A stretch of DNA of 39,887 nt from the NCBI RefSeq assembly GCF_001194135.2, contig NC_068988.1:46869922-46909808 (forward strand), in the 5' to 3' direction. This document shows, piece by piece, positions 11,501 through 24,170 of the stretch. The number at the start of each line of letters is the position of its first letter. Position 1 is the stretch's first letter. Both the position numbers and the translations under genes were made by a program. The notes beneath the pieces are model-generated. The model was not told the DNA's origin. It ran no database searches and was given only the letters and a program-made list of their open reading frames with translations. Origin of the DNA: Octopus bimaculoides. Taxonomy: Eukaryota.

Positions 11501-12664
11501 CTGGGTATGTATGTATTCTGAAGGATTTTCGAAGTGTGAGGTAAGGAGTGGAAAATACTTTCTTGACAAAACCTTTATTTCACAAGGGATAAAATCAAGA
11601 TGGTGTGGCACTTACCAATTTCTCAATGGCATAGCAATGGAAGCTTCTGTAATGTAAAGGTCTGAATACTTGTCTTGATATACTCTGCAGTAGTTTTCTT
11701 AAATAAGCTCAGAGTAATGGCTTTATAGTGGAAGAAGAATGAAGTTAGGTGTCATTCATTACTTTTCTCTTTTAAAACCCAATAATAGTAATAGTTATAA
11801 TGGATTTTCTAAACATATGTAGAAATAAAGCTGTAAATTATTCATGAGTTACCTACTTAGTAATAAGTTCAGTATTTAAAGCCAGAGAAATCTCAACCAC
11901 TTCAGAATTTATTCAAATCCTCACTGGGAATTGATTCTTCATTTGTGATTATCTCTTCTATGAGGGCACCAGTCAAAGTTATTATATTATTCATTTTAAT
12001 TTTTGGCAATAACAGTGAACGTCGAATATATGACTTGAAGTCTCGGTTAATTAACACATCGCCTCAGTTAAATGACAGGTCAATTTTACTAAATTAGTAT
12101 ATTGCTATGTAGTCTTAGGGCTAGGGAGACGTTTTGAAATTCCTTATGGATATTTAACAAAAGGTCTGAGAAGGAGAAGTTTCTGTGTAATTCTCTGCAA
12201 GCTTCAAAAGGCAACTGGTATTCAATTTAAGAGAGATGTCTGTGTTGTTTCAGGTGTGATAAATTCTCAAGTGATGTGATCATGTGTGGAGAATTTGATG
12301 AAGTGAATTGAATGAAGAAGCAAGATGAGAGGAAATGAGATTAGATGAAATGGTATGGTACACAGATATTAGCCAAATTAGAAAAGGAGAGAAAAGAGAA
12401 AAGAACGATCACATGATGAAAATTATTTGACAGAGAATTGATTAAAGAAGCAGGCTGATGTGGCATAATGAGAATATTTGTTATTGTTGTTGTTATTGAT
12501 GATGATGATGATGCTGATGATGTCATCGTTGGCCTTATTGCTGGATGGCTTTAGTTGTTATTGTATAGTCCCATGTCAAATCTGATTGAACAGACATATG
12601 ATCAAAGGGGGGTTCCAACCATGACCATCTTATTATATTTCAGACATAGTATATCTAGAACTTG

Positions 12665-12810
12665 ATGACCAATTGGCAGAGTCATTAGAGCATTGAATAG
12701 ATGGCTTTGTAGTAATTGTTTGGGCTGCTTTCTGCACTCTGAGTTCAAATCCTGTTGAGGTGAACTTTACCGTTCGTCATTTCAGGGTCAATAAATTATT
12801 AGTCCTCTGC
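12665..12810 (+). mobile_element. Old CpG-decayed copy of the Meta/MESC-like SINE
   Basis: TTGGCAGAGTCATTAGAGCA...CTGAGTTCAAATCC...TTTCAGGGTCAATAAATT, homologous to the copy at 15185. Confidence 0.7.
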
Positions 12811-13190
12811 TAAGGATTCTTCTTCTTCTTCTTCTTCTTTTTCATCATCATCATCTTCTTCTTCTTCTTCTTCTCTCTCTCACTCACTCACTCACTCTAC
12901 CCCTCTCTTTGGAAGGAGTCAACTGTAGCTAGATCTGAAAATGCCCAAGATAAATCCCCTTTAACACTATCAAGGGGCTGAGGGAAGACCAAGTCGTATC
13001 TAGAACTACAGTAACTAATATTAATCTGAGTGAAATGCAGCTCCTTTTCCTAGCAAGGCAATCAAACACATAAAGATTGTTTCATTAGTCAACTCTGCTT
13101 GAGTAGATCCACAGTATTTTTGTATGTCCCTTCCAAATTTGCCAGAGTCAGATATAATAACTAAGGATCACATTTTAATGGTTACAGAGT

Positions 13191-13221
<31 letters not shown>

Positions 13222-14904
13222 ACGTTATTTCATTACAGAAAGAGATGTGCTGGTTATCTCATAGTTATGTGAATGTACAGAAACTCTTCTATTACTGATA
13301 ATACAGATAATTCCAGAATATTATGAATTATCCAATACAACAAATTATGAATTATGAATTAAATTATTGTTCAAGAGTTTCCTATTTTTACTTCTGTTTG
13401 CTGTTATAGTGGTAGGAAATAAAAAGACCAAATGGAAATAACCATACTTCTCTTAAAAAATTATGAGTAATAGAATTTTTATACATAACATTTTGTAGGT
13501 CCTCCCAGACTGGTATGATCAATGTGGTTTCAAGATCTTTTATGAATAACAGGAAAATTTTCCTTAAATTACACTTCCCTGTGTTTAAGAAAGGATGACT
13601 GAATCTTTCTCACTGTTTTATCACTGTAAATGCCAACTCTACATTTCCAGCAACCATCATCAATGTCGCTGGTATTTTGTTCAGAGGTTTTCAGCTCTTA
13701 ACAATGCATCATGAAACTGTTTTAGTAAAAGTTCAGTGTACAAGGTCTACAAAGATTTATACCAACATGTTAAAAGTTTTTAAAACTTCAAGCATCAACA
13801 AACACAATCTCTCCCAAACTATGGCTCAATGTCTTGCTATGTAAAAAAAAATATAACAGTAGTAATTGGTGTTGTATGTCTCTCAAAATCTCTAAGGAAA
13901 TACTTGCTTTTGATGGTTTGAAATTTAGTCATGATCAGTGATCCATTCTAAATGGATTTATTTTTTTTAATGCAATTTCTGTTATTCTTGTTACATCAGC
14001 TCTTAAACTGTGATCACTCGCATGGTTAGATTAATTTAAGATCTCTACCATTAATGAGTTGACATTATTGAAGAGAACTCCAAGTAATCAATGCATTTGG
14101 AACTTCTGTATCAAAGCAGTTGCTAAGATACCAGCACCTGCTACTTCCAAGAGTTTCCAAAAATAATGGACTCCTTGTTAGATAACATGATCTTTATTTT
14201 TTTTGCAACTAACACAATATATCCATTTTGTTCATATTACCATTGAGAAAGATAATAAAAGTAGCATGAGAAGATTCATTTTCCAGGCTGGGGTTGGTAA
14301 GTGACATCAGAGAAGCAAATAATATTCAAATCTAAAAATTTTCCCAATTATGAAAATGATATGAATTTAAGCTTTAATAATTAATTCTTTAATAGCTTCA
14401 AACTCAATCTTCACTTTAAAATGCTTTCCAGTTTTGCTCATTCTACAAATCTCAAATGATATATCTTATTCAGTCTGAGTAGACATCCACATCAACAATC
14501 TGTAAAGCTTTTTAATTCAAATTTCTCACCTCTGTATAACTCATAATTCTTTCTCAGTGACCTTCTTTACTTCTTTTTATTGGAGATATGAACAATATGC
14601 AAAATGGTTTTGTCTGAGAATTTTCCTAAGTGTGAAAATAATATAGTATCTTTCTTAGATGAAATTTTTAATAACGTTTTATTAACTTCAAACACAATCT
14701 TCACACTAATACTATTGTCACAAAGACTGCATTTTTCAATTCAGCTAGTGCTTGAGTGACCTTCTTGTACTATGACTGAGGTACATTATTCAACTTTAAC
14801 GATGCACCTGTTCATCTTATACAAATGCAGGTTTTTGGGATGTTGGACATACATCAGAATGTAACACCAGCACAGGTGAGGTCAAACCATGCTAAAACTG
14901 ACCT

Positions 14905-15117
14905 CACCTATGCTGGTGCCACATAAAAAGCACTCATCCCACTCTGCAGGGTGGTTGGTGTTAGGAAGAGCACCCTAACATCCCAAACACACAAAGTCCA
15001 TGCCAGTTCAGACACTGCAGCCTAGTGCAGTTTTCTGCCTAGTCAGCTCCTGTCAAACCGTCAAACCCATGCCAGCATGGATGGACGACATTAAACGATG
15101 ATGATGATGATGATGCA
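14905..15117 (+). mobile_element. SINE (V-domain-like, RTE-type tail)
   Basis: GGTGGTTGGTGTTAGGAAGAGCAC...CTGTCAAACCGTCAAACCCATGCCAGCATGG...TTAAACGATGATGATG. Confidence 0.85.
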
Positions 15118-15184
15118 GCATGCTATACATCTCACTTCAGTATGTCACCCTGCAAAAAAGCCAAGCAGAAACCAAGACTCTGCA

Positions 15185-15411
15185 GTGAGTTGGCAGAAAC
15201 GTTAGCACGCCGGGAGAAATGCTTAGCAGTATTTCGTCTGCCGTTACGTTCTGAGTTCAAATTCCGCCAAGGTCGACTTTGTCTTTCATCCTTTCGGGGT
15301 CAATAAATTAAGTACCAGTTATGCACTGGGGTCGATGTAATCGACTTAATGCCTTTGTCTGTCCTTGTTTGTCCCTTCTATGTTTAGCCCCTTGTGGGCA
15401 ATAAAGAAATA
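15185..15411 (+). mobile_element. tRNA-derived SINE (Meta/MESC-like core) with target-site duplication
   Basis: TGGCAGAAACGTTAGC head, B-box GAGTTCAAATTCC, core TTTCATCCTTTCGGGGTCAATAAATTAAGTACC, tail GCCCCTTGTGGGCAATAAAGAAAT. Flanked by AGAAACCAAGACTCTGCA (15167-15184) and AGAAATCAAGAGTCTCTGCA (15412-15431). Confidence 0.92.
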
Positions 15412-15719
15412 AGAAATCAAGAGTCTCTGCACTTAACCGATACTTAACTGATACAGTTAATATTTCTAACTGCATTGCTTCATTGCAGCAAGGTGGTGTA
15501 TCTGTTTTTAAGTCATTTGAATCTTCCTCGTAATAACATCTAATGACATAATAACATCCTGCATTATGCTATTATTTTATCATACTTGTTTGTGTTTTAG
15601 TAATATACTTATAGTTGTTAATGTAGTGTTCTGATTAGTGACATGTACATATTTGTGTGCAACATTTTTTGCTTCATATTTTCTGTGACTTTATGTTTAA
15701 CATCAATTATTTCTTTTAC

Positions 15720-16720
15720 TCATCATTGTAGAGCATAGTTTTAATCATCAACTTCAACAGTTTCTTCTGTTACCACCTTCCATTGACCCACATAATTTCA
15801 ATGAACACAGATAGTGTTTTCATTCTCCTCTTCTGGAATTATATTTACCCAATGACTGTATTTTTCTTTTCAATTTGGCTGTGTAGTCATAGTTGTCCCT
15901 ATTCTTCACTCTTCTCATCCATTCATTTAATGCTCCACCATTTTATTCTTACCTGGTTTTTCTGATCTGTCGCTTAAATCAGCAATAGTGTAATTAACTT
16001 CTTCATTGTGTATTTTATTCTCTCCAGCATCTTCCTGATCCAAGCTTTCAGTTTTTCATTAGACAGATCATTATGCACTTCATTCACTACAGCTGTATTT
16101 TCTAGACTTCTTTCACATTCTCTCTAATGAAAACTTTTTTTTATCAGGTGCCTTTTTGTTCTTGCACAGCTTTTAAAGTTGACATGGATGCAGCCTATAG
16201 AATGCTCTTCCATACCTAATTAACACGATTTGAACTTCTCTTTAACAGAATGACATCATCCTGTGAAGTTTTGTCTTTTACAATAGATTTGACCAATGGC
16301 AACAAAATCACCATCTGTATAACTTCTCACGTTGGACCTAATACACTTTTGATTCTTTCACTAGCTTCAGGTTCTATGAAACTTTCTTACTGTATGGAGA
16401 GCATTGAATTTATGCTAAGCATGTCACTAGTTGTTGCAGATTCCAGAGAAGGTTACTGAGCAATAAGAAGTGAAAGTATGTTAACACTGGAACAAAATGT
16501 ATGATTCTGAGATGCCTTTTTAGGACTGACAGCCATGCTCATATTTCTCCTCTTTTAATGGTTTCTCCATTACTTGAGCCCTTATCAAGTTATGTTGCTC
16601 CACTATACCATCGTTCAATAGATTTTCTGCAGCAGTACTACAGGTTTTAATACTTAGTTTTCTTTTAATATTTAGTTTTCTTTTAATCTCATTGTAATAA
16701 TCATTGCTAAACATCCCACC
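15720..16720 (-). mobile_element. Highly decayed LINE endonuclease region, probably RTE
   Basis: Minus-strand translation includes QVRIKWWSIK, resembling the RTE R.KWWkLK motif after the endonuclease; many stops. Confidence 0.45.
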
Positions 16721-16762
16721 TCTGATATCTCTTCAAAATGACCAGGAGATTCAAAATAAGAT

Positions 16763-17056
16763 CATCATCATCATCATCGGCTTCATCAACATTTAACTAA
16801 TGCTAGCATAAGTTTGGGTGGTTTGACCAGAACTGGCAAGCACGAGAGCTGCACCTGTCTCCAGTCGGATTTGTTGTGGTTTCTACAGCTGGATGCTCTT
16901 CCTAAAGCCAACTACTTTACAGAGTGTACTGGCTGCTTTTTTACAGGGCACTGGCATTGGTAACTTTTACATAGCACTGGCATGGGTGCTATGATGGGGC
17001 ACCAGCATGGGGGCTTTTCACGTGACACCCAGCATGGGTGTTTTTACATGGCACAT
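16763..17056 (-). mobile_element. SINE (V-domain-like) with internal tandem repeats of about 27 bp
   Basis: (CAT)n tail at 16763; CAGCTGGATGCTCTTCCTAAAGCCAAC; about four degenerate copies of TTTTACA.GGCAC.GGCATGGG at 16938-17056. Confidence 0.75.
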
Positions 17057-17129
17057 CAAAAATATATTCTTGCTGATCTTTTCCTTTTCATTGTTTTAAT
17101 TAACATAGTGGCGAGGTATATGGTGGTGG

Positions 17130-17330
17130 CATCAGTGAGATGCAGAGGCCAAAGCCTATTATAAAGATATTCCTCCAAATCAAGATAAACTATGTCATCG
17201 AAATTATTGTCAAGGAGCAAATCCATCACTAGCTGCAAAAGTTCTAAACATATCACAAATCTGAAAATAGTCGCAGAGTTTTTAAAATGTGTTCTAGGAA
17301 TTCATTCTTGTTGAAGTTTCCACTCCTTTG
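17130..17330 (-). mobile_element. Possible CR1-type RT remnant
   Basis: ICLELLQLVMDLLLDNNFDDIVYLDL resembles CR1 tNLLef.e.vt..vD.g..vDivYLDF; no other motif confirmed. Confidence 0.35.
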
Positions 17331-17779
17331 AAATAAGGACACTGCTTTCTCCTTGGAAGTAAAAGTAAAGTGACATTGGTGATTTTCAGTCTGCTACATC
17401 GTATCTGCCTTGAGCAATGGTTTAGAGATTTTACACATAATATAATATTTAGAATGTTTTTGAGAATATGTTAATTAAGTGATGAAAATAATGACTATAA
17501 AATGTCATTTTCCTATTTTATTGACCTACCTACAATCCAACCAAAATAACTTTTAAAGTCCAGCACCATTCCAACAGTTTTCTTTGATTCATGGCTTGGG
17601 TGCAGAGCTAAGTAATTCCTTGCTATGTCTAGCGTCTCTGACAATCTACTGGAAACCTGACCACTTTATAAGATTTTAGTGCTACTCCATTACCAAAACA
17701 GCAAGTTCTGTCAGATTTACTAGTCTTGACCAAATCTTGATCACTATCACTCCGTGTACTCAGAAACACATTTAATCAT

Positions 17780-18300
17780 TCATGTTATTGTCATTGCTGC
17801 TGCCACCGTTGCCATCAGCATCATCAGTTGTCATCAGTTGCCATCATAAACCCCATCTAATTTTACCTCCTTCCACAACCATCACTACCATCCTCCTCGT
17901 TGCTACCTTCATTAAACCACTAATATCACCTTCCATTATCACCATTAACACAATCACCCCCATATATATATACCAATATATACTCCACTGTCAAACATCA
18001 CCACCTCCATAATATAACTTCCTTCTGCCTACTCATTTCACCTTCATCTCCTCACCTTCATCACAACAGATATGACTATTTTAGCCACCAACAACACCAA
18101 ACAACACCACAACCACAACCACAAGCACAACCACCACTACATCACTGCCATCACAACACCACCAAAGCAATACCATCACCATCACGACCACTATCACCAC
18201 CATCTTCATTAATTTGGAGCTGGTAATAATGGTGATGCTGATGGTGGAGGTGATGTTTGCATGGTGGGGTGGGAGAGTCCAATTGGACATGATGCTGTTA
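17780..18300. repeat. Degenerate (CAC/CAT/CAA)n trinucleotide tract switching to (GGT/GAT)n
   Basis: Direct reading; strand polarity changes near 18210. Confidence 0.8.
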
Positions 18301-18419
18301 AATGGAACTGATGATAAATATCAGCTGAAAAGTCACTTAACGAGCGGAGACAGCTCTGAATAAATGATTATACATGTAATTATTAGGTGATGTGGAAGTG
18401 TGGTGGTGGAGGGAGATAT

Positions 18420-18631
18420 ACAGAGAGAAGAAGACAAAAAGAGAGAGAGAGAGAGAGGGGGGGAGAGAGAAACTGTGAGGAAAGCAAATGACGTAAGAAA
18501 CAGGAGGTGGGATGGGAGTGGGGGCTGTTGAGAAAGAAAAAAAAGAAAAATTGAATTGAGGGAGTGGGGAATAACCTGGTGGTTCAGAGTGTGATTTTAC
18601 AGGGAGAAAAGAGGGAGCAGATATGAGAAGA

Positions 18632-18679
<48 letters not shown>

Positions 18680-18890
18680 GAGAGAGAGAGAATGGAGAGA
18701 GAGAGAATAGAGGGAGAGAGGGAGTGACAGAGAGAGAAAGATGGACAGAAAAAGCAGTAAAAAGAAAAAAAAAAACAGTATAAAATAAAATAAGATGAAA
18801 TAAGTGATTTGTCATGAAAATTACCTGAAATCATTATTATTATTATTATTATTATTATAATTATTATTATTACTATCATTATCATTATGA
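18420..18890. repeat. Purine-rich (GA)n tract followed by (ATT)n
   Basis: Direct reading; includes a 15-bp periodic GAGAGAGAGAGAATG unit near 18665-18710. Confidence 0.9.
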
Positions 18891-18984
18891 TCATTTCCCT
18901 TGTTGTTGCAGTAGTTGTAGGAGTTGATGTTTGCTTTTTGCTTGGTTTTGTGATAGTTTTTTTAAACTTTTGCTGAACACAATC

Positions 18985-19651
18985 ACACACAATCATATAT
19001 ACATAGATACACACACATATACATACATACATACATATATAAATACATACATACATATATAAATACATACATATATATATATGTGTGTATATGTATATGC
19101 ATGTATGTACATATTTGTGTATATGTACAGCTCTTGTTGTAGCTTTTATTGTTATTTTAAACCTAAACCACAGCAAAACAATTTATTGCTATTTTCATTA
19201 CGCATCATTGAACGTGTAATCAAGTTTAGGAAACATTTATTAGCAAAATGCATCAGCTAAATCACCCACCTGGCCTTCACTCCCAGCTATACATTTTCTA
19301 AACATACACAGCCATATACACACAAACACAAACACGTGCACACACACTGATGCAAATACACTCACATACACACACACACACACACACACATATTTGTATA
19401 TGTATTTATATACAAGTGTATGTATGTCTTTCTAATTTCTAATTGATGACATACAACACACATTGTTTATTGTTCATTATGCTAAAAAGCGATACCAACA
19501 CTCACATCTATACATGCAAATACAATAAAAAGGAGCACATATACATACATATATATATACACGCACACATACATACACACACACACATATATGTGTACAT
19601 ACATATAATAAACAGCTGTCCCCAATATTCAATAAACATATTCATACATGC

Positions 19652-19682
<31 letters not shown>

Positions 19683-19725
19683 CATATACATGTAAATGTA
19701 TATGTATGTGTGTGGTGTATATGCT

Positions 19726-19771
<46 letters not shown>

Positions 19772-20364
19772 CACATATATACTTACATAAACATAGACAT
19801 ACATGAATAGACACCCATCTACAAACAGCAGGAAACGATTCAATTTAGTTTATGATTGATAATAATGGTAAATTCCTGACAGTTTAAGGTAGTGATTTCA
19901 GAATGTAAATTGGTTAGGTTTCCGCCTTTTAATTAAAATACACATATGCATAGGTTTACCCCTTGTATGCATACTCCCAAATAAACATATACACATTCAT
20001 TTACAGACATACACAAAACACAAAGATATTATATATTTGAATATATGTGTATATGTATGTATATATGTATGTATGTGAATACATATATATATTATATATA
20101 CGATTGCATCTATATATGTATCTGTCTATCAGTATATATATATATACACAGAAACATGCACATGAACACATATATATATACATACATGTATATATAAAAA
20201 TATTATATATCATTTGAATTATATATAAAATGTATTATTCATAAACTCTTTTGATCTTATGCACACATACATGCATTCATACATTTCTACATATATAGAT
20301 ATATAATATACATATATATATTCATAAATATGTCTATACCTATGTCTCTCACTCTCTCTCCATC

Positions 20365-20399
<35 letters not shown>

Positions 20400-20590
20400 G
20401 TAGGTATGCATGTATGTGGATACAGATATGTAAGTATACATATATACTTTTATATATATGTGTGTATGTATGTGTTTGTATGTGTGTGTGTCTGTATGTA
20501 TACAGATATATAGGAATACATACATATACACCTATAATATATATATATGTGTGTGTGTATGTACACAGAGAGACACATATATATACATAA
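18985..20590. repeat. Clustered (TA)n/(CA)n/(CATA)n microsatellites with short unique islands
   Basis: Direct reading; source of the YIYIYI-type ORFs. Confidence 0.85.
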
Positions 20591-21112
20591 ATAATTCTTC
20601 AAAGTTAAGCAACAGCAAAAGATCTGAGATAAATAAACAGCATTAATGGGATCTAAAATGTTGAAATTCAAAAAAACACCAAAAAAAAAACCCAGAAAAT
20701 AATAATAAATTGATTAACAACGAAAACAACAACAAGTTGTATTTGAACTAACTCCACTACCATTGCATTCACCATCATCATACACCAACAACTCCTTCAC
20801 AACCTTTTCCACTACCTCCACCAAAACCACCAACAGCAACAACAACAACAAAACCATAAACGTCAGTGAAATGAAGTAATAAAATTATAAACAAAAACAC
20901 TTCAGTATAAACACAGAAAATATTATCATCAATAAAACTACTTAGATATGATATATAATTTGTGCCTAATTTGATACCTAATTGTTTGCAGACCATTAAA
21001 AGACTTTATGGGTGTTGTTACCGCAATGCAAGTAAAATAGGCTTAGTTAACACCTCATCATCAGTATTGCTTTCACACACACACACATCTATGTGTATAT
21101 GGAACTAGATAC

Positions 21113-21147
<35 letters not shown>

Positions 21148-23176
21148 CACACGCACATATATATGTGTATGTATCAATATATCTATGTATATATGAATGC
21201 ATTTATTTATGTATATATTGGAGAGGAGGTATTCAAATCTTTGAAATATTTTAATATGAAAATTGAACATCAATTTTTAAATCGTTGCAATTAATATTTT
21301 TCATTCCTTTTCCTAATTATACACACTGTTTTATTATTATTATATTTTTTTTCCACTACATCTTCCTGCAATATGTGCTTACATATTTTGAGTTATTTTT
21401 TTATTGCCCTGTTTTCCTATTACTCATTAATATTTGCTGATAGCAATGACTGAGTGTTGTATGTTATACAAATTTGCAAGACAGATTTTGAGGTACTTCT
21501 CCTTGTGGTTATTTTTCTCATATCTTTACTTGTTTTCTGTTTTGTATGTCTTACACCTATGAGGCTTTGCATCCAGTTTTGTTATTCATCAAACACTCTT
21601 TTTAAGCATGTTTGCAATTGTCTAGCAACTCAAACCCAGTCATTTATGTATGCCCAAGTATTGACAACTTTGAATATTTGCAAACACTTCTTGATTTTTT
21701 TATGAAATCTCATGGTTTTAAACATCCTTCCATGAAAATACCATGACATAATTTATGTCTCAAATAAGGACTACGTTATAGGGTTCAAATTTTTTGAACA
21801 TACTGCTCAATAAAAGCAGGATAACCCTAGAAAATCACCAGTTTTTAATCTTTTAACATTCAGATTTCGTTTGACAAATCAATAAGCCTTTAATTAATTT
21901 TTAAATATAAAATAATTTTACCAGAAAATCATAAAATTAGTGTTTGACACTTTTCTTGTAAAAATATTTTTGTTTTTATTTGCTGTAAATGTGGTGTTGT
22001 GGTCCTTATACTTATAACTTTATTGTGTAACGTATTTTGAACATTTTACATTTTATTGAATATTTCACAAGAAAAAGATGTCATCTTTGCAACTCTATCT
22101 GAATTCTAATATGTCAACTAGCATGTGAATCTTTGCTGTAGGCTATCTGATTTATGGTAGCATAGCAGTCAGTTACAAATACACCACAGTTATAAACACA
22201 CAATTACCTTCATTATTTGAAGTGTATGTGTGTATTCAAAGTGGAACCCCAGCATTGCTATAGTCTATTGACTGAAACATGTAGGACATAAACGATCTAT
22301 GAATGTATGTATCTCTGTATGCATGCCATAAATATGTTTCTGTGATGAATTATCTCGGCAAAGAGAACAGAAATGCAGGAACTCAAATTTAATCATTCTA
22401 AATATATTACCTTCAGTTCAGTCACAAGGTGGCAAAATTCTGTATAAGGAAACTGCATGGAATCTATAACCATGAGATTGAAGAAGCAGAGGATCTCTCC
22501 TCTTTATTACAACTAAGGATGTCTCTGGACGAATCTGGCCTTCCTGTTTCTCCAGTACTCTACCTTTTCCCTCTTATCCTTCTCCATTAGTTCTCTTGCC
22601 CATCCTGAAGTATGCCTACCATTAGTTTGTACGAAATAGGTGTGTCAAACATAAAAAGCTTGCAATACTTATTTACAACTGAGTTATATCCCTTTGCTTT
22701 GAGAATAACTTGTTTTCAATCATTTGTGAGATCGATAAAATAATAACTGGATAAGAATTGCTGTTGATATGACAAAACCAACGAAAGCCCTTGAAGGTAG
22801 AACCCCAGCCTGGCAGTGATTCAAAAGCTAACACTGGTAAATTAATAAAATAATTACATACCTAGTTGATTAAATATAAAATTGGACGGTGTTTAAGCAA
22901 TATGATTTAGTCTATAATGTCTGTGTTTCCCTGCTATGATGATGGAGAAAGGATGCTATACGAGTGATTTTACATCTCATCTAAGTCTTGTGGAAGGTTT
23001 AGTTGAGTATTTAGCTTTTTCCATAGCCGTCATCCAAGGGTGGGATGGGAGTGGTTGTTATGATGATTCTTTGGAATGAATTAATATTGCAGAGAAAACC
23101 TATCAACTGAGGCTAATTGATGTATATGTGTACATCATCATTTGATGCAAGCAAGGTTGGAATAGCGGACATTAAA

Positions 23177-23468
23177 ATGTATGTATGTATGTGTGCGCAT
23201 ATAAATGTGTGTATGTATGTAAGTGTATATGTATGTGCATGTGTACGTACATATGAAAGTATCTATGTATGTGTGTATGTATTATATGTGTATGTATGCA
23301 TGATGTATGATGTATGTATGGATGTATACATGCATGCAGGCATGTATGTAGGTATGTATGTATACATGCATGCTTGCACACATGCCTGTATGTATGTCTA
23401 TGTGCATGTGCATGTATATGTTTGAATGTATGTAGGTGTATATGTATGTATGTCTGTATATATGTATA
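23177..23468. repeat. Degenerate (TATG)n microsatellite
   Basis: Direct reading. Confidence 0.9.
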
Positions 23469-23473
23469 AAAGT

Positions 23474-23809
23474 GAAGGCGCATGGCTCAGTGGTTAGAGC
23501 ATCGGGCTTGCGATCATGATGTTGTGAGTTTGATTCCCGGACCGGGCTGTGTGTTGTGTTCTTGAGCAAGACATTTTATTTCATGTTGCTCCAGTTAACT
23601 CAGCGTTAGAAATGAGTTGCGGCATCAGGGGTACCAAGCTGTATCAGCCATTGCCTTTCCCTTGGATAGCATCAGTGGTGTGGAGAGGGGAGGTTGGTAT
23701 GCATGGCTGACTGCTGGCCTACCACAAACAACCTTGTCCGAACTTGTGTCTCGGAGGGTAACATTCCAGTTGCAATCCCATGGTCATTCATGACCGAAGG
23801 GGGTCTCCC
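23474..23809 (+). mobile_element. Near full-length tRNA-derived CORE-like SINE
   Basis: A-box TGGCTCAGTGG, B-box-like GAGTTTGATTCCC, then CTTGAGCAAGACATTTTATTTCATGTTGCTCCAGTTAACTCAGCGTTAGAAATGAG, similar to the CORE domain (CTTGGGCAAGTCACTT...CTGTAAAATGG). Confidence 0.85.
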
Positions 23810-24170
23810 ATGTACAAAAGTATGCATGCATGATGTATGTTCAGATAAAAGTATATGTATGTATAATGTATATATGATGTATATATGTATACAAGTATGT
23901 ATGTTTATATGATGTATATATGCATGTATGTATATAAATGTGTAAGAGGTTCGTAAGTCTTATGCAGCTATGAATCTGCATCTTGAAAGATCGTTTTCAA
24001 AGTTCAGAGTTTGGCAATATTTTTTTATTGAAGCCAATACATGTAAGTCTTTCCTCACTGATGTTGCTGTAGGGAAAAGCAAATAGTAACACAACTGAAT
24101 ACCAATCATTTTAGGCGTTTGGTGGCAAAACATTAACTACTGGAATAGTTACCACAAAGCACATGTGTAT

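Noticed and set aside
13500-14700. Possible hAT transposase remnant on the minus strand (IPAT...VELAFTVIK)
   Set aside because: Only one weak motif among many stops; not enough to call without a profile search.
18505-18530. G-rich run suggesting a G-quadruplex (also about 23037-23055)
   Set aside because: Only three GGG tracts in each.
18337-19176. 279-aa minus-strand ORF, the longest in the track
   Set aside because: Concatenated simple repeats (TA, ATT, TC); no domain-like segment.
23474-23545. tRNA-like sequences with A and B boxes (also 26777-26830 and 33645-33715)
   Set aside because: They continue into SINE bodies and lack a closed acceptor stem, so they are SINE heads, not tRNA genes.
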